A stretch of 59,914 nucleotides of DNA from Acidobacteriota bacterium (GTDB lineage Bacteria > Acidobacteriota > UBA890). The stretch lies in assembly GCA_002731215.1 (NCBI GenBank), contig PCAP01000008.1, positions 1 through 59,914 of the forward strand, read 5' to 3'. The notes beneath the pieces are model-generated. The model made no database searches and had not been told where the DNA came from. It saw nothing but the letters and a program-made list of their open reading frames with translations. Position 1 is the first letter of the stretch, and each line of letters opens with the position of its first letter. Made by a program: the position numbers and the translations under genes. Below are positions 57,097-59,914 of the stretch, piece by piece.

Positions 57097-57387
57097 TTAC
57101 ACTCCCTCGAAATACTCGATCATCTGTTGGTCAGCTGCCAACTTGACGTATGCTTTTTTCCAGGTTGCAGTTGTCCCTTGGTAGCGTCCCATGCGCTTCT
57201 TTTTGCCACGCACATTCAGCACCCGCACATCAGCAACCTTTACCTTGAAAACGGTCTCTACAGCGCGTCGGATGTCGAGAACCGTCGCACGACGGTCAAC
57301 CTCTAAACACAGCGTGTGATCACCTTCCTTCATGACCGTCGCCTTCTCAGTAATCACCGGTCGGCGGATAACATCGTACGCGTTCAT
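57097..57387 (-). CDS. rplW: 50S ribosomal protein L23 (uL23)
   Basis: [14 protein letters not shown]... Confidence 0.95.
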   Translation of the reverse strand: MNAYDVIRRPVITEKATVMKEGDHTLCLEVDRRATVLDIRRAVETVFKVKVADVRVLNVRGKKKRMGRYQGTTATWKKAYVKLAADQQMIEYFEGV

Positions 57388-58007
57388 TGCAGTACCTCAC
57401 TAAGCCGCTCAATGCCTTCCCTGGAAATCAATAGCCAGTCATGCAGCAACAGGTCGTAGACATTCAGGCCGAAGTCCTGCGAAACACTCACGCCCGGGAG
57501 GTTACGGGCCGCCCGCGCAAGGCCTTCATTTGAAGAACTGTCGTAAATCAGTGTTTTCCCCTCCAGGCCCAAGTCGGCGAGCATCTTAGCAACCTCTTTC
57601 GTCTTAGCCACCTCGACCTGAAGAGTGTCAACAACTACGATCTGCTGGTCACGCTGCTTGACCGTCAAAGCCATCTGCAGGGCATGGCGTTGCTTCTTAC
57701 TGCCAAGTCGATAGCTATAGTCACGTGGTTGCGGGCCAAACGCGATGCCGCCCTTACGCCAGATCGGGTTCCGGGTTGAACCGACCCGGGCCCGACCAGT
57801 CCCCTTCTGTCGCCACGGTTTGCGACCACCCCCGGAAACTTCCGCGCGAGTTTTGGTCTTATGGGTTCCCTGTCGCTGACTTGCCTGATAATGCACTACC
57901 GCTTCATGCAGCAAAGTGCGCTTAACGTTCCGGTCAAAAACCGAGGCCTTTACCTCGACCTCTCCAGTCGGGTTATTTTCTCGATCTCGCACTGGAATCG
58001 TAAGCAT
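57384..58007 (-). CDS. rplD: 50S ribosomal protein L4 (uL4)
   Basis: ...KTRAEVSGGGRKPWRQKGTGRAR.GS.R.P.W..GG. Confidence 0.96.
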   Translation of the reverse strand: MLTIPVRDRENNPTGEVEVKASVFDRNVKRTLLHEAVVHYQASQRQGTHKTKTRAEVSGGGRKPWRQKGTGRARVGSTRNPIWRKGGIAFGPQPRDYSYRLGSKKQRHALQMALTVKQRDQQIVVVDTLQVEVAKTKEVAKMLADLGLEGKTLIYDSSSNEGLARAARNLPGVSVSQDFGLNVYDLLLHDWLLISREGIERLSEVLQ

Positions 58008-58011
58008 CGAC

Positions 58012-58647
58012 CTAGCCCCTTATCGTCGGGCGAATAAAAACATAGCCCTTTTTGGCGCCGGGAACTGAGCCGGCCACAAGAAGAAGGTTCTCATCGGGGT
58101 CGATTTCGACAACACGAAGGCCGACCTCGGTGACACGCTTGTTACCCATCTGCCCTGGCATCCGCCGGCCCTTGAGGACCTTGCCAGGGTAGGCAGCCAT
58201 GCCGACCGAGCCCGGAGCACGGTGGAACATCGAACCATGAGTTGCCTTACCACCACCGAACCCATGCCGGCGCATGACCCCTTGAAAACCACGGCCTTTG
58301 CTGGTTGCAGTCACGTCAACTTGAGCAACGTCAGCAAACTGCTCTATTGTCAGCTCGTCGCCGGGGGTTACCTCATCTTCCCCTTCGAACTCGAATTCAC
58401 GAATGACCCGCACCGATGAACTTCCCGCCTTTTTCAAGTGTCCGAGCAGAGCTTTAGACTGACGTTTTTCCTTGACGGTTCCATCTAAAAGGCCAATCTG
58501 AACCGCATTGTAGCCATCGTTGTCCATATTCTTTACCTGAAGGACGACGCAGGGACCCGCCTTGAGTACGGTAACGGGAACATGGTTGCCCGAATCATCG
58601 AAGATCCGAGTCATTCCAATTTTTTGACCTATCAGTCCCTTGACCAT
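58012..58647 (-). CDS. rplC: 50S ribosomal protein L3 (uL3)
   Basis: MVKGLIGQKIGMTRIFD...TSKGRGFQGVMRRHGF. Confidence 0.97.
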   Translation of the reverse strand: MVKGLIGQKIGMTRIFDDSGNHVPVTVLKAGPCVVLQVKNMDNDGYNAVQIGLLDGTVKEKRQSKALLGHLKKAGSSSVRVIREFEFEGEDEVTPGDELTIEQFADVAQVDVTATSKGRGFQGVMRRHGFGGGKATHGSMFHRAPGSVGMAAYPGKVLKGRRMPGQMGNKRVTEVGLRVVEIDPDENLLLVAGSVPGAKKGYVFIRPTIRG

Positions 58648-58670
58648 CTCTTCTTACCTGTCTCGTATTC

Positions 58671-58991
58671 TTAATGCTCTGGGCCAAACGCCTTGATCTC
58701 TACGTCGACCCCGGCTGGCAAATCGAGACGCATCAGCGCATCGACTGTCTGCGGTGTTGGTTCCAAGATGTCAACCAGTCTCTTGTGGGTGCGAATCTCG
58801 AATTGCTCACGAGACTTTTTGTCGACATGCGGTGAACGCAACACCGTATAAATACTGCGTTCCGTCGGAAGCGGCACTGGGCCAACGACGCGAGCTCCGG
58901 TACGCTCGGCAGTCTCGACGATTTCATACGTCGATTGGTCAAGCACCCGATGGTCATATGCCTTAAGGCGGATACGAATCTTTTGGTCCAT
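58671..58991 (-). CDS. rpsJ: 30S ribosomal protein S10 (uS10)
   Basis: [18 protein letters not shown]...[23 protein letters not shown]. Confidence 0.97.
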   Translation of the reverse strand: MDQKIRIRLKAYDHRVLDQSTYEIVETAERTGARVVGPVPLPTERSIYTVLRSPHVDKKSREQFEIRTHKRLVDILEPTPQTVDALMRLDLPAGVDVEIKAFGPEH

Positions 58992-59012
58992 TTGCTCCGC
59001 TCCAGCCCCTAA

Positions 59013-59914
59013 CTAAACCGTGTTACCACGGACACGTAAGACAACTTCTTCAGTAATACTGTTTGGTACCTTGCTATACCTACCGAAATGCATCGTAAAC
59101 GTCGCACGGCCTTGGGTAATCGACCGCACATCAGTGGCATAACCAAACATTTCTGCAAGGGGTACCTGGCCTACAATTATCTTTAGACGGTCGCGTGAAT
59201 CCATCCGCTCAATGCGGCCTCGGCGACTGTTAAGGTCGGAAACAACGTCTCCCATGTACTCCTCTGGAACAACGATCTCTACATCCATAATCGGCTCTAT
59301 CAAAATCGGGCCGGCCTTCTGCGCTGCGTCCTTAAATGCCATGCTGCCAGCGATCTTGAAAGCAACTTCCGAAGAATCAACTTCATGAAAAGAGCCATCA
59401 TAAAGTGTCACCTGGACGCCCTCGATTTCGTAGCCAGCCAACGGCCCGGCCTCCATTGCCTCGCGAACACCCTTCTCGACGCTGGAAATATATTCCCGCG
59501 GAATCGCACCACCGCGGACCTTGTTAACGAACAAGAACTTTTGCCCTTCCTCAGGCGGCAACGGCTCAATCTCAATCAAGGCGTGCCCAAACTGCCCACG
59601 ACCCCCCGTCTGGCGAACGAACCGACCTTCCCCTTTTGCAGTCTTGGTTAAACTCTCGCGGTACGAGACCTGGGGCCGACCAACGTTAGCCTGCACCCCA
59701 AACTCGCGGAGCATTCGATCGACGAGAACCTCCAGGTGAAGCTCTCCCATACCTGAAATGATCGTCTGGCCAGTTTCTTCATCACGGTGGCGTTCAAAAG
59801 TTGGATCTTCCTGGGCAAGCTTAGAAAGCGCATCAGCCAGTTTTTCCTGGTCAGCCTTGGTCTTCGGCTCAATCGCCATCGAGATGACTGGTTTCATAAA
59901 ATCCATCGACTCGA
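59013..59914 (-). CDS. fusA: elongation factor G, C-terminal part (5' end beyond window)
   Basis: The frame stays open to the window edge (..[39 protein letters not shown]...GELHLEV). These are EF-G domains III-V. Confidence 0.95.
   Translation of the reverse strand, partial: ESMDFMKPVISMAIEPKTKADQEKLADALSKLAQEDPTFERHRDEETGQTIISGMGELHLEVLVDRMLREFGVQANVGRPQVSYRESLTKTAKGEGRFVRQTGGRGQFGHALIEIEPLPPEEGQKFLFVNKVRGGAIPREYISSVEKGVREAMEAGPLAGYEIEGVQVTLYDGSFHEVDSSEVAFKIAGSMAFKDAAQKAGPILIEPIMDVEIVVPEEYMGDVVSDLNSRRGRIERMDSRDRLKIIVGQVPLAEMFGYATDVRSITQGRATFTMHFGRYSKVPNSITEEVVLRVRGNTV

Noticed and set aside
1-59914. Searched for CRISPR arrays, IS elements or transposases, integrases, phage genes, toxin-antitoxin pairs and rRNA genes
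   Set aside because: No spaced direct-repeat arrays, no recombinase-like ORFs and no rRNA-like stretches were seen. The DnaC/IstB-like ATPase at 12999..13808 has no adjacent IstA-type transposase or terminal repeats, so it is not called as a mobile element.

Overview
Core-chromosome window from a diderm bacterium. I saw no rRNA, CRISPR array, transposase, integrase or phage genes. The gene content (GWxTD protein, DUF507 pair, DUF1844, HspR plus HrcA) hints at an Acidobacteriota-like or other deep-branching lineage, but this is a low-confidence guess.

- **1-20 kb:** housekeeping genes (aroC fragment, ltaE, uvrA, LMW-PTP, tdk, tatC, mazG, DUF1844) and two separate heat-shock operons. One is dnaK-dnaJ2-hspR-AAA+ on the plus strand. 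The other is hrcA-grpE-dnaJ-rsmE on the minus strand, behind a perfect CIRCE operator. PBP1A follows.
- **20-34 kb:** one 14-kb minus-strand block. It reads GWxTD protein, two DUF507 paralogues, a beta-barrel outer-membrane protein, a 791-aa membrane-anchored LptC/LptA-like protein, a roughly 300-nt unexplained spacer, lptB, rpoN, rapZ, cupin, Tat-exported glycosylasparaginase, SPOR protein, lnt, and prfB with its programmed +1 frameshift.
- **34-43 kb:** M20 peptidase, a 751-aa transglutaminase-like protein whose nucleophile Cys appears replaced, an amidohydrolase, two lipoproteins and acs.
- **43-60 kb:** tRNA-Ala(CGC) and a complete S10-spc-alpha ribosomal cluster on the minus strand (fusA fragment, rpsJ through rplQ, including an unlisted rpmJ), with no tuf between fusA and rpsJ.

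Most worth a second look:
- uL30 carries an 8x KKKT[AVT] basic tail encoded by a 15-bp tandem repeat, and the adjacent uL15 carries a roughly 73-aa acidic tail.
- The tightly coupled DUF507-DUF507-OMP-giant LptC/A-like module sits upstream of lptB.
- The HspR operon ends in a DnaC/DnaI-like AAA+ ATPase.

All homology calls are by-eye motif recognition and need HMM or BLAST confirmation.
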